From Alphaproteobacteria bacterium (GTDB lineage: Bacteria > Pseudomonadota > Alphaproteobacteria > JAUHZC01), in the NCBI GenBank assembly GCA_030425805.1, contig JAUHZC010000002.1, forward strand, positions 20,448 through 84,447: a DNA stretch of 64,000 bases, read 5' to 3'. The notes beneath the pieces were generated by a model. That model did not search any database and was not told where the DNA came from. It was given only the letters and a program-made list of their open reading frames with translations. The translations under genes were made by a program, and so were the position numbers. This document shows positions 18,259-27,510 of the stretch, piece after piece (the stretch's first letter is position 1; each line of letters starts with the position of its first letter).

Positions 18259-19497
18259 CTAAATCACACGCGCCACACCAGGGATGCGACGTACAAGGAT
18301 AGAAAGCACAAGGGTTGCAGGCAAAGCTATAGCAAAGCAAACACCCCCTTTGATGATTGAGGGAATATCACTCCCCTTAAAATAACTTTGTACAAAAATA
18401 ACCACGGGCAAGTGAAAGAGGAAAAGCGCCATGGTGTTTTCACTTAGCCGCTGCCAAAGGAGACTCAGGGTTTGAAAGCGCCCTTTAAAGAGCAACATCA
18501 ACCCCATAATCCAGCTCAGCATCACGGTCACAAAGAGAAGACACCGAGGGAAAACCCCGATAAAGTGATCCCAGAGATAAGGCCAAATCCTCCAAAAGGA
18601 CCCTCCTCCTTGACGATAGAAAACAAAATCTTGATTCCGTACAATATCTTTATCCCCTCCCAATGTGTACGCCAAATACAGTATGGCAGAGAGCATCATC
18701 GTGAGATAAATTTTCCCTTTATGCCGGGACAGAGCCTCGATCACAGCACTATCTCTCAAAAGGCCACTTTGTGCAATCCCAGCCCCAAGGAAGAATAAAG
18801 CAACATTTGTTGTTAGCTGAGAAGGCACGAAACTCAGGACAATAAGGGTTCCGGTCCATGCCCGAAAACCTGTCAAGAAATCACCAACCCAAACACCAAA
18901 AGCCAAAATCAGAATCAAGAGCCCAACTTGCTTCGGCTTAAGATCCTGTATCAGAGCTTTGGTATATGATGCAAGACGCTCAAGAGCTTTGGGAAATACG
19001 GCCCATATCAATACATAGAGCAAAGAAAGAATCATCAAATAAGGTAAAAACCAATATGTCCCCGCAGAGGAGAGGCGCTCCCAATACACTGAGGAAAAGT
19101 GATAATCAAGGTAGCCCATTGCCTCGCCATAAAAGCCAGGATAAAGAGACAAGCGTTCTACATACTTTGGATACATTAAGGGAGGAAGTAAAAGAGGCGT
19201 GAGAACCCCAAGAGGCACCAAAAGCCGTAGCGCCCGACTGATGATGAATTTCTTCTCCCCATATTTAGAAAGAGAGTGATATGAGAAAATCCCAGCTACA
19301 AAGAGAGCTCCCGGCACCATATACACATCTGTTAAGAGAATCAAAATATCAAAGAAAACATCTTGATTAAAAGCAGACTCCTCTACAAACCAACTTCTAG
19401 AGAGAACTGTGCCGTAAGGAAAAAAACAGTGATGAAAAATGATGCTGAGAATAAAGAATGCCCGCAAAGCATCAAGATAAGAAATCCGCTGTGCCAC
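18259..19497 (-). CDS. Acyltransferase-3 family membrane protein (OpgC/MdoC-like)
   Basis: RISYLDALRA..IIFHH, FVAGIFS, SRALRLLVP, YWFLPYL, LFLFHLPV; about 10 TM helices. Confidence 0.85.
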   Translation of the reverse strand: MAQRISYLDALRAFFILSIIFHHCFFPYGTVLSRSWFVEESAFNQDVFFDILILLTDVYMVPGALFVAGIFSYHSLSKYGEKKFIISRALRLLVPLGVLTPLLLPPLMYPKYVERLSLYPGFYGEAMGYLDYHFSSVYWERLSSAGTYWFLPYLMILSLLYVLIWAVFPKALERLASYTKALIQDLKPKQVGLLILILAFGVWVGDFLTGFRAWTGTLIVLSFVPSQLTTNVALFFLGAGIAQSGLLRDSAVIEALSRHKGKIYLTMMLSAILYLAYTLGGDKDIVRNQDFVFYRQGGGSFWRIWPYLWDHFIGVFPRCLLFVTVMLSWIMGLMLLFKGRFQTLSLLWQRLSENTMALFLFHLPVVIFVQSYFKGSDIPSIIKGGVCFAIALPATLVLSILVRRIPGVARVI

Positions 19498-19619
19498 GTT
19501 AAAAACTCACATTGCCTTCCATAATTCTACTGGTCCTCGCCCATGGCGTCAACGATGGAGAGCAGAATTGACTTCTGAAAAAGAAGTTTCTAGTATGCTT
19601 AGAAAATTATTACTGAGCT

Positions 19620-20549
19620 ATGCGATTCATTTTTCAATTTTTCTTTCTTCTTTTTCTTACTTTTTCTTCGGTTTATTCTGCAAATCCTGGAGGAGTAGAG
19701 CCCCAGGGGGGAACGCCTGCGGCAGCAAGCGGGGCCGCTGTTCCCAACCCAGATCCTCCTGCTGCTGATGCGCCTCCCCCAGCAAACGGCTTGTGGGGAT
19801 GTTTGCAACGTTGCTTGCAATTTATGGGATGTCGGCGCCGCAATGCAGTTGGGCCTCAAGAGGCTGCCGCTGAGGAAGGTGAAGTTGCTGCTGCCGCTGC
19901 AGATCCCGCAGAACATGTTGTTATGCCTGGATGCTGCAGCCGTGTTCGAAGCGCTTTAAGCTGCAGCAGAGCTACATGCACCCGATTTAGGGAAGGTGTA
20001 CGAAAAACTGGGCTTGTTGTTTCAGTTTTACTCATTCCTGCTGCCTATTCCCTCTCCAGTTTTGCAATCAACGATGTTAGGACTATTATTGATGCAATCA
20101 ACGATGAAAGAGTTCTTGGTTGCTGTAATCGTGGCGTAGAATGCAGCACCTACTACAACTCTGCCACCCGAAGTTCAACTCGAAGCTGTAGGGATGTTTG
20201 GGTTTGCTGGTATGCTGGAGGCATACTTCATCATAGTCATTGTAAAAAGTATGCGCATGGGGTTTCTGGGTACATTACGAGCCTATTGTTTGCAGGCGCT
20301 GCAGTCAATGCACTTTGTGCGCACAGACCTGACTCTTGGGTTACCAGTGGCGAAAAAGGAATGTCAAGATTCCTCCTCCTGGTAGCTGCGGGAACGGGTG
20401 TACTGATCCACGGATGCATTGAAGGCTTTATGCCAGAGGGACCTATGTGCCCCCCTTATGAGATCAATCCTGACCATCTTCTTCCAGGGCCTGGCACAAG
20501 ACCTGCGTGGTCCATTCCTGCCTACGAAGGCGAAGGGGGATGTGCCTAA
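19620..20549 (+). CDS. Orphan exported/membrane Cys-rich protein
   Basis: Signal ending SVYSA, Pro/Ala linker, many Cys including CC pairs, about 3 hydrophobic segments. Confidence 0.65.
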   Translation: MRFIFQFFFLLFLTFSSVYSANPGGVEPQGGTPAAASGAAVPNPDPPAADAPPPANGLWGCLQRCLQFMGCRRRNAVGPQEAAAEEGEVAAAAADPAEHVVMPGCCSRVRSALSCSRATCTRFREGVRKTGLVVSVLLIPAAYSLSSFAINDVRTIIDAINDERVLGCCNRGVECSTYYNSATRSSTRSCRDVWVCWYAGGILHHSHCKKYAHGVSGYITSLLFAGAAVNALCAHRPDSWVTSGEKGMSRFLLLVAAGTGVLIHGCIEGFMPEGPMCPPYEINPDHLLPGPGTRPAWSIPAYEGEGGCA

Positions 20550-20552
20550 ACC

Positions 20553-21797
20553 CTAGGCCTTTTTCTTGGAGTTCTCTAGCGTCAGGAGAGGCTCCCCTGT
20601 TCCCAAGATAACTTCTTTGTTGATTGTCACCTCTTGGACATCCTCACGACCTGGAAGATCATACATCAGACTAAGAAGTGCCTCTTCCAAGATAGAGCGG
20701 AGGCCGCGTGCCCCTGTCTTACGCTCGATGGCTTTTTGCGCAATGGCGTGCAAAGCATCATCAGTGAAAGTCAAGGCCACATCTTCCATCTCAAAAATCG
20801 CCTGATACTGCTTAACCAAAGCATTCTTAGGCTCAGTCAAAATCTGGATCAGGGCATCTTCATCGAGATCCTCAAGGGTTGCCACAACAGGCAAACGTCC
20901 GATGAACTCTGGAATCAAGCCAAATTTGAGAAGATCCTCAGGCTGAAGCGCAGAGAACGTCTTCCCCAAAGAGACATCTTCAGGGCGCTCGATTTGAGCA
21001 CCAAATCCGATAGACGTTTCTGTAGAGCGATCTTGAATCAACTTCTCAAGTCCGGCAAAAGCTCCGCCACAAATGAAGAGAATATTTGTGGTGTCTACTT
21101 GCAAAAATTCTTGCTGTGGATGCTTGCGCCCTCCTTGCGGTGGTACGGAAGCAATCGTTCCTTCCATGATCTTAAGGAGCGCCTGTTGCACACCTTCTCC
21201 GGAAACATCACGGGTAATGGATGGATTGTCAGATTTACGAGAAATCTTGTCCACCTCATCAATATAGACAATACCCCGTTGCGCTTTCTCTACATTATAA
21301 TCAGAAGCCTGAAGAAGCTTCAGAATGATATTTTCAACATCTTCACCAACGTATCCAGCTTCTGTCAACGACGTTGCATCCGCCATGGTGAAAGGAACAT
21401 CTAAGATACGCGCTAATGTTTGCGCGAGCAAAGTCTTACCACATCCTGTAGGACCCACCAAAAGCACATTGGATTTGGCAAGCTCAACCTCAGGATTCTT
21501 TGCACTATGAGACAAGCGCTTATAGTGATTATGAACCGCAACAGACAAAACTTGTTTTGCTCGGTCTTGACCGATCACATAATCATCAAGCACTTTCTGA
21601 ATTTCCCGAGGCGTTGGCACACCTTCAGCAATATCATTTGTTGCTGCGCTTTCTTCTTTGATAATGTCATTACAAAGCTCGATGCACTCATCGCAAATAA
21701 AGACGCTAGGCCCAGCAATAAGTTTACGGACTTCATGTTGACTCTTCCCACAAAAGGAACAATGAAGAATTTCTTTTTCGAGATCTTTTTCGCTCAT
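20553..21797 (-). CDS. clpX: ATP-dependent Clp protease ATP-binding subunit
   Basis: CSFCGK..CDEC zinc finger, [11 protein letters not shown] loop, TGARGLRS. Confidence 0.98.
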   Translation of the reverse strand: MSEKDLEKEILHCSFCGKSQHEVRKLIAGPSVFICDECIELCNDIIKEESAATNDIAEGVPTPREIQKVLDDYVIGQDRAKQVLSVAVHNHYKRLSHSAKNPEVELAKSNVLLVGPTGCGKTLLAQTLARILDVPFTMADATSLTEAGYVGEDVENIILKLLQASDYNVEKAQRGIVYIDEVDKISRKSDNPSITRDVSGEGVQQALLKIMEGTIASVPPQGGRKHPQQEFLQVDTTNILFICGGAFAGLEKLIQDRSTETSIGFGAQIERPEDVSLGKTFSALQPEDLLKFGLIPEFIGRLPVVATLEDLDEDALIQILTEPKNALVKQYQAIFEMEDVALTFTDDALHAIAQKAIERKTGARGLRSILEEALLSLMYDLPGREDVQEVTINKEVILGTGEPLLTLENSKKKA

Positions 21798-21974
21798 AGA
21801 TGGACCCTACGCTTATTAAGAAAAAATTTCTATAAAATTTTAGACAATTCTTATTTTCAGTATCCCATGAAGCTCATAACAAAAAGTTAATGGGGGAAAA
21901 AATTTAAACTTCTAAAAATAAGCCTTTGTTTTCAAACAAAATTATATCAGACCAGAGGAGAATCGTCCAGTTTA

Positions 21975-22520
21975 TCACGTGATGCTCCAAATACGATCAA
22001 GGAGATTTGTGCGATCCAGAAGGTAGTGTTTTAAGACAGCGAGAACGTGAAGAGTAATGACAATGATAAAAGCCTCTCCCAAAATTTCGTGAGCTTCATG
22101 GGCAAAACTACCTAACATTTTATTTCCTTCCACCCCTGGAATAAATGGCCAAGCAAACAAACCATAGATTGTAATGCCATATCCCCCCGCAGAAGACATC
22201 ACCCATCCCGAAAACGGAGAGAGGAACATTAAGACATAGAGCGTAAAATGTCCCAACTTTGCCAGTCTCTGCTCTACAGGAGAAATTGTATTTGGAAGTT
22301 GTGGAATTTCTGATCCCAAGCGAATCACGACCCGTAAAACAAGAGTGAGTAAAATCAAAATCCCTGTCGCTTTGTGAATGCCATAGACCTGAAATTTGAA
22401 TGCCCCTTGAAAAAAGCCAGAGGTCATCATTAATCCAGAAGTTAAAAGCCCAATAATTCCGAGGGCCATCAGCCAATGAAGAATACGTAGAGTCAGTGCA
22501 TATTGTTTTGGGCGTGCCAT
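21975..22520 (-). CDS. Cytochrome b561 family protein
   Basis: RILHWLMA, HKATG, GHFTLY, HEAHE..LHVLAVLKH heme-ligand pattern; 4 TM helices. Confidence 0.9.
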   Translation of the reverse strand: MARPKQYALTLRILHWLMALGIIGLLTSGLMMTSGFFQGAFKFQVYGIHKATGILILLTLVLRVVIRLGSEIPQLPNTISPVEQRLAKLGHFTLYVLMFLSPFSGWVMSSAGGYGITIYGLFAWPFIPGVEGNKMLGSFAHEAHEILGEAFIIVITLHVLAVLKHYLLDRTNLLDRIWSIT

Positions 22521-22545
22521 TTTTATCTCCCTGTTTGGGGGTAGT

Positions 22546-23361
22546 CTAAGCAAAGTAGCGAAGAAGATAAAGAGCAATCTCACGGATTAAAATAACGACA
22601 CCTACAACCAAGCGCATATAAGAGAAAAAAGCCGCTAAGCTTGTGTCTGCAATATGCCCTTGGAGGGCTCTCCCGGCAAAAAGACCTGCAACGGAAGCAG
22701 CTGCGAAAGGAAGTGCAATAGCCATGGGCACACCGTTTCCTTGGAACAGGTGACCTGCGAGACCAGCAAAGGTAAATCCGATAATGACAACTAAAGAGGC
22801 CCGAGCTGCATTTGCTGTAGAGAGAGACGTATAGGTTAGAAGAGCCGGCAGGAGAAAAGCCCCTCCCCCAACACCAAGGAGACCTGTAAGAAAACCTCCA
22901 ATCCCGCCAGCATAGACAAGAGGCCGAACAACAAAGCTAACATGACCATCATGAGGCGCAAGATTCAAAGGTGTTCCAAAAATAAAAGCGGGGAGCTGTC
23001 GCTGCTGGGAGCGCATCCACAAGACCCACCCTGAAAAAAGGAGGACAAGGGCATAAAGCACCATTCCCATATGGGGATCAAGATATTGACATAATGTTGC
23101 ACCGACAGGAGCTGTAATGAGACTAGCAGTCGCCATAATGTACCCAGGCCGAAGAATATCTCTATCAACTTTAAGCTGAGCTCCAACACCCACAAGGGAC
23201 CCAAAGCACACACCAAAAAGGCTCACACCGACAGCATCATCAAAGCTTAGACCAATGCCGTAAACCATGGTGGGAACAACGATGACAGAGGCCCCTAAGC
23301 CTATCAGCCCCAGTGACAGCCCAACAATAATTCCCAACAAACAAACGGCTAACGTTTCCAA
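22546..23361 (-). CDS. Sulfite exporter TauE/SafE family membrane protein
   Basis: Duplicated GLIGLGASVIVVP / GLLGVGGGAFLLP motifs; TTG start. Confidence 0.8.
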   Translation of the reverse strand: METLAVCLLGIIVGLSLGLIGLGASVIVVPTMVYGIGLSFDDAVGVSLFGVCFGSLVGVGAQLKVDRDILRPGYIMATASLITAPVGATLCQYLDPHMGMVLYALVLLFSGWVLWMRSQQRQLPAFIFGTPLNLAPHDGHVSFVVRPLVYAGGIGGFLTGLLGVGGGAFLLPALLTYTSLSTANAARASLVVIIGFTFAGLAGHLFQGNGVPMAIALPFAAASVAGLFAGRALQGHIADTSLAAFFSYMRLVVGVVILIREIALYLLRYFA

Positions 23362-23526
23362 AAAAAACCTCTAGAGGTCGTTGTGCACTTTTCTCAATTT
23401 TTAGGATATGCACAGAAGTCTTAACAAATTCTTGGGATTCCAAGAGGTTTGCACTTTAACATACCCTGTAAAGAGCGTCACCTCAGTTGTGTAGCCCTTC
23501 TTCTAATTTCCAAAATCCCTGCATTC

Positions 23527-23755
23527 ATGGATTGCCCAGGCGCTGAGTTCCTCGCAATAACTTCCTTACTGTCATCGCGAGCCCTCACCCTTCTCTATTG
23601 TCATCGCGAGCCCTGAAAAGGCGTGGCGATCCATAAGAGATTTGGATTCCGGGTCGGGGCCCGGAATGATGAAGTAGCGGCCCCCGGACTCTCATTTAAA
23701 GTCATCCCAGACTTGATCCGGGGTCTATGGACTGCAGCAATGCTGCGCTCCTCAC
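23527..23755. repeat. Composite REP/RPE-like element (full copy 23600-23755) preceded by extra arms
   Basis: Same left arm, inner GGATTCCGGGTCGGGGCCCGGAATGA, GACTTGATCCGGGGTC and right arm as the 57203-57369 copy. Confidence 0.85.
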
Positions 23756-23760
23756 AAAAA

Positions 23761-24456
23761 TCAAGCTCTTTCGTTCTCTCTTGGGGAGGTCAATCCAGCC
23801 CGGTCAAGGATGCTAGCTACTTCTTGTTTTTCACCATTGTCCAAGACAGCATAGAAAGTCGTAAGGTCTAGTGCCACCCTAAAAGATCCCAATACAGCGG
23901 TCTGAACAGCGGCAGAATCCCTATAAGCTGATGGGTACATTGTGTTATACAGCGCAGGATGCATAACATAAAAAGAAGGATTTCCTTCACCGGAAATAGC
24001 ATACAAGGTGCCCCACTTACCAGCAATGTATGCGGACCCACCAAAAGCTATGCCCCTCATGAGAAGAGGAGCAAGGCCTCTAGACTTCGAAAGAAAACGA
24101 GTTTGTGAAAGCAAAGAAAGAGAGAGAACTGAGAGCGCTGCTCCTGCTCTGCTTGCAAAGGCAGCATCCTCCTTCGCCCTCTCAAAAACTAAGGCTGTCC
24201 GTTCTTCGAAGTACTTTTGCCACGCCTGTCCCTTTAATGAATCAACTTCTGATACAGCTAATATAGCTCCAAATTTTCTCCTAGCAACCGCTGCTTTAAG
24301 GGCTTCGGCAACACGCCCCACAGAAGCAGCAGGAGATAAATTTACACCTCCGATTCTCACAACTTCTTCCTTTCCATCTGCCCCATGAACAGAGTCAGAG
24401 GAAAAACTGATTCCTAAGTAGATAAATAAGAGGGTTTTTGTGAGCAAATTGGACAT
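23761..24456 (-). CDS. Orphan exported/membrane protein
   Basis: Hydrophobic N-terminus ending SVHGA; two internal hydrophobic stretches. Confidence 0.6.
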   Translation of the reverse strand: MSNLLTKTLLFIYLGISFSSDSVHGADGKEEVVRIGGVNLSPAASVGRVAEALKAAVARRKFGAILAVSEVDSLKGQAWQKYFEERTALVFERAKEDAAFASRAGAALSVLSLSLLSQTRFLSKSRGLAPLLMRGIAFGGSAYIAGKWGTLYAISGEGNPSFYVMHPALYNTMYPSAYRDSAAVQTAVLGSFRVALDLTTFYAVLDNGEKQEVASILDRAGLTSPRENERA

Positions 24457-24583
24457 GGGAAGCACCTTTTAAATTTGCCCGACAGTATAACACATTCAAC
24501 GCAATTTCAAGTTTTGCTAGAGGTTTGATGATGGTCCCCAAATCAAGTCCGGAGCGACTTTCTTTATGGGAAAAGCCCCTCAC

Positions 24584-24611
24584 AAAAAAAGCCCTCATGC
24601 GAGGGCTTTTT
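24584..24611 (-). terminator. Rho-independent (bidirectional-type) terminator
   Basis: AAAAAAAGCCCTC-ATGC-GAGGGCTTTTT downstream of the lipoprotein gene. Confidence 0.8.
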
Positions 24612-24636
24612 AAAAACATCTTTTAAGAAAAAATAC

Positions 24637-24966
24637 TTAAGCTGTTTCTGCTTCTTGATCTTTCATATCTTTAGGCTTTTCACCAGACTTATCTTCACCA
24701 GTCACGGCACCCATTGCAGCGTCGCCAGCATCAGTCGCAGCATCGCCTGCCTCTTTAGCCGCATCAGAAACAGCTTCTGCTGCATCACCTGCAGCCTCAG
24801 TTGCCGCATCTGTAGCCTCTTTAGCGGCATCACCGACTGTATCAACAGCAGAAGAAACAGCTTCTTTAGCCTTATCTGCCATGGATTCACCGTCTTTTTT
24901 GGAATCGCCACATGCTGCAACAAAAGTTCCGGCCAAAAGAATCGCTGTAATTTGTGAAAGTTTCAT
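24637..24966 (-). CDS. Small acidic Ala-rich lipoprotein
   Basis: AGGAGG RBS; lipobox FVAAC; GDAA-type repeats. Confidence 0.8.
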   Translation of the reverse strand: MKLSQITAILLAGTFVAACGDSKKDGESMADKAKEAVSSAVDTVGDAAKEATDAATEAAGDAAEAVSDAAKEAGDAATDAGDAAMGAVTGEDKSGEKPKDMKDQEAETA

Positions 24967-25207
24967 TGTTTTTTCCTCCTAGAACAAAACTTATTTTAAG
25001 TTTAACATTAATTTTTGTAAAATCTACAGAAAAATAAGTAGCAAAGCGACTTTTCATCTGATCTTTTGAAAGAAAGCGTGTTTTAGGTCACAACTCAAAA
25101 AATGACTTGAGAAATAGGCAACCCTAAAATTTCCCATAACATCACACACTTCCTCTTGAAAAAAATGTTCTTCTTCATTAGCTTCATTCCTTTGAGTGAG
25201 TTTAAGA

Positions 25208-25633
25208 ATGGGAAGATTACGTTCCGCCTGTATATTTTTTTTGATGACAACATCATGTGTGATTGGTGCACAACCCCCCTGGACAAAAGCGCGAGAAGAA
25301 GCTTGGTACGAAAGATGTAGGGCAGAGGCTGAAAAGGAAGGCCGTCTCAGAAAGGCCCAAGAGGCACGTGAACGGGAAGCTGCCAGAGCTGCCAGAGCTG
25401 CCAGAGATGCAGCTGAAGCAGAAAGTTGGAGAAGATTTGTAAATGGCATTAGAAGCAGTGGTCTCTTAGATATCTTAGTTCAACAGATGACAAAAGGGGA
25501 TGTCTGTCCCCTTCCTGGAGGAAGTTCTGGCCGCCCCCACTACAGGCTCCCTTGGGACGTTTTCAGCGCTAAAGCAGGTGCACTAGAAGATGGCTCCTCT
25601 TTTAAGCCGACAACTTCTTCAGGCTCAGCCTAA
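25208..25633 (+). CDS. Orphan exported charged helical protein
   Basis: Signal ending VIGA; shares GAxPxW and REEAW with 8183..8917; overlaps the ruvA 3' end by 32 nt. Confidence 0.55.
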   Translation: MGRLRSACIFFLMTTSCVIGAQPPWTKAREEAWYERCRAEAEKEGRLRKAQEAREREAARAARAARDAAEAESWRRFVNGIRSSGLLDILVQQMTKGDVCPLPGGSSGRPHYRLPWDVFSAKAGALEDGSSFKPTTSSGSA

Positions 25634-26219
25634 CAACTTCTTCCACCTGAAGCGTTGCCCCGTCAGCCTCAACATAAACTTGTTCAATTGCAAGACGAGC
25701 CTCTCGATCATTCATCCCTAAATTTAAAAGAGCAGAGAGGGCCATTTGCTTTTCGGCATACCCTCCCTTGGGAAGATTCTCCCGCAAGGGCGTGATTGAT
25801 GCACCAGGCAGGGCTGTGCTGGTTTCAAGAGACTTATCTTTTAGCTCATTGAGAAGGCGTTTTGCCAATTTCGGGCCAATCCCTTCCCCTTGAGTCAGAT
25901 ATCGCTCATCTCCCTGGTAGATTGCCTGGACCAGGGTCTCGCTGGGGCCGATACTCAAGAGAGCCATGGCCACCTTTGCTCCTACTCCTGGAACCTGGGT
26001 CAGTTTTAGAAACAATTCTCGCTCTGCCGGTGTGGTGAATCCAAAAAGGGTGATTGCATCTTCGCGAACCTGTGTATGCACAAAGAAGGTGACAACCTCT
26101 CCCTGAACCTTGGGCTGGCTTGCAGGGACATTCACCTCATAGCCCACACCATTCACATTGATGAGGCAAAGCGTTGGCTTCGTCATCTCCACAACTGTTC
26201 CGTGCAACCATCCGATCAT
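25602..26219 (-). CDS. ruvA: Holliday junction branch migration protein RuvA
   Basis: MIGWLHG, VNGVGYEV, VREDAITLFGF, HhH motifs GVGAK and GIGPKLAKR. Confidence 0.97.
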   Translation of the reverse strand: MIGWLHGTVVEMTKPTLCLINVNGVGYEVNVPASQPKVQGEVVTFFVHTQVREDAITLFGFTTPAERELFLKLTQVPGVGAKVAMALLSIGPSETLVQAIYQGDERYLTQGEGIGPKLAKRLLNELKDKSLETSTALPGASITPLRENLPKGGYAEKQMALSALLNLGMNDREARLAIEQVYVEADGATLQVEEVVRLSLKKLSA

Positions 26220-26701
26220 GCAAGCCTCCGTGCTGGATATTGATAACTATGACATATTGCAACAGCTAATGCATCTGCTGCGTCTGCTGTCACCTTTTCA
26301 GCCTGAGGAAGAAGGTGCTTAATCATAAGCTGCACCTGGGCTTTGTCGCAATGCCCCACCCCCGTCACAGCTTTTTTAATCTGGTTGGCTGTGTACTCTG
26401 CCACGGACAATCCTTGAATTGCTGGTGTGGCAAGGACAATCCCACGAGCCTGCCCTAATTTCAGGGCACTGGCAGGGTTTTGATTCATAAAGGTTTCTTC
26501 AACGGCAGCTTGTTCGGGACTATAGCTCTGAATAACCTCACAAATTCCCACGTAAATATCCCGAAGGCGAAAGGCAAGTTCCTGATCTGGCTTAGGGCGA
26601 ATGACGCCATGGGCAATGTAATGAAGGCGATTTCCATTGGACTCAATCACCCCCCAACCACAGGCCCGCAACCCAGGATCTAGACCTAAAACTCTAATCA
26701 T
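26216..26701 (-). CDS. ruvC: Crossover junction endodeoxyribonuclease RuvC
   Basis: LGLDPG, VEETF, LKLGQARG, DAADALAVAICH. Confidence 0.97.
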   Translation of the reverse strand: MIRVLGLDPGLRACGWGVIESNGNRLHYIAHGVIRPKPDQELAFRLRDIYVGICEVIQSYSPEQAAVEETFMNQNPASALKLGQARGIVLATPAIQGLSVAEYTANQIKKAVTGVGHCDKAQVQLMIKHLLPQAEKVTADAADALAVAICHSYQYPARRLA

Positions 26702-27449
26702 CGCCCTTCAGTTTCTCCAAGAGCGCATCACTAAAATCTGCGTTTGTAAACACAGATTGGACGTCATCATTATCTTCCAGCATATCAATCAGCTTCAAAA
26801 GGGTTTCCCCTTTGTCTTCATCAACTTCTGAGAGAACAGTTGGGCGCCACTCGATACCAGAAGAAGTTGGGTCTCCCAACTGCGCTGCCAAGGCCCCTGA
26901 AACCGCGTGCAGTTCCTCTAAAGGACAAAGAATTTCATGAACGCCCTCTTCTTCTTGGACATCTTCAGCTCCGGCTTCCAAGGCTGCTTCAAAAACCTTG
27001 TCAAAATCCAATCCTTCTGAAGCATAACGAATCACGCCCTGGTGATTAAATTGAAAAGAGACGCTGTTGGTCTCTCCCATATTTCCCCCAAATTTTGTAA
27101 ACGCAGCCCGAACTTCCCCAGCCGTCCGGTTCTTGTTATCCGTTAAAGCCTCAACAATAACTGCAACGCCGCCAGGCCCATACCCCTCATAGCGCATTTC
27201 TGTGAAATTGCTATCATCTTCACCGCCAGCTCCACGCTTCACAGCCCGGTCCATCGTGTCTTTTGGCATGTTTGCAGCTTTAGCGTTAGCAATGGCTGTC
27301 CGCAAACGAGGATTTGCATCAGCGTCTTCTCCTCCTGCCTTCGCAGCAACAGTTAGCTCACGAATGATCTTGGTAAACACCTTTGCCCGCTTCTTATCCT
27401 GAGCGCCTTTACGATGCATAATGTTTTTAAATTGGGAATGGCCTGCCAT
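26694..27449 (-). CDS. yebC: YebC/PmpR family protein
   Basis: MAGHSQFKNIMHRKG, YEGYGPGG, LTDNKNRT. Confidence 0.97.
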   Translation of the reverse strand: MAGHSQFKNIMHRKGAQDKKRAKVFTKIIRELTVAAKAGGEDADANPRLRTAIANAKAANMPKDTMDRAVKRGAGGEDDSNFTEMRYEGYGPGGVAVIVEALTDNKNRTAGEVRAAFTKFGGNMGETNSVSFQFNHQGVIRYASEGLDFDKVFEAALEAGAEDVQEEEGVHEILCPLEELHAVSGALAAQLGDPTSSGIEWRPTVLSEVDEDKGETLLKLIDMLEDNDDVQSVFTNADFSDALLEKLKGDD

Positions 27450-27510
27450 AAGTCCTCAGTTTCGTTTCTCTTTTCTTATAGTCAATTATCTCATGCCTGT
27501 TCAAGGGAAG

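Noticed and set aside
17745..18302. Short ORFs 17745..17987, 17767..18030, 17957..18262 and 18003..18302
   Set aside because: They are translations of the palindromic repeat cluster; similar peptides reappear at 57198-57639
20634..21404. 256-aa plus-strand ORF
   Set aside because: Antisense shadow of clpX
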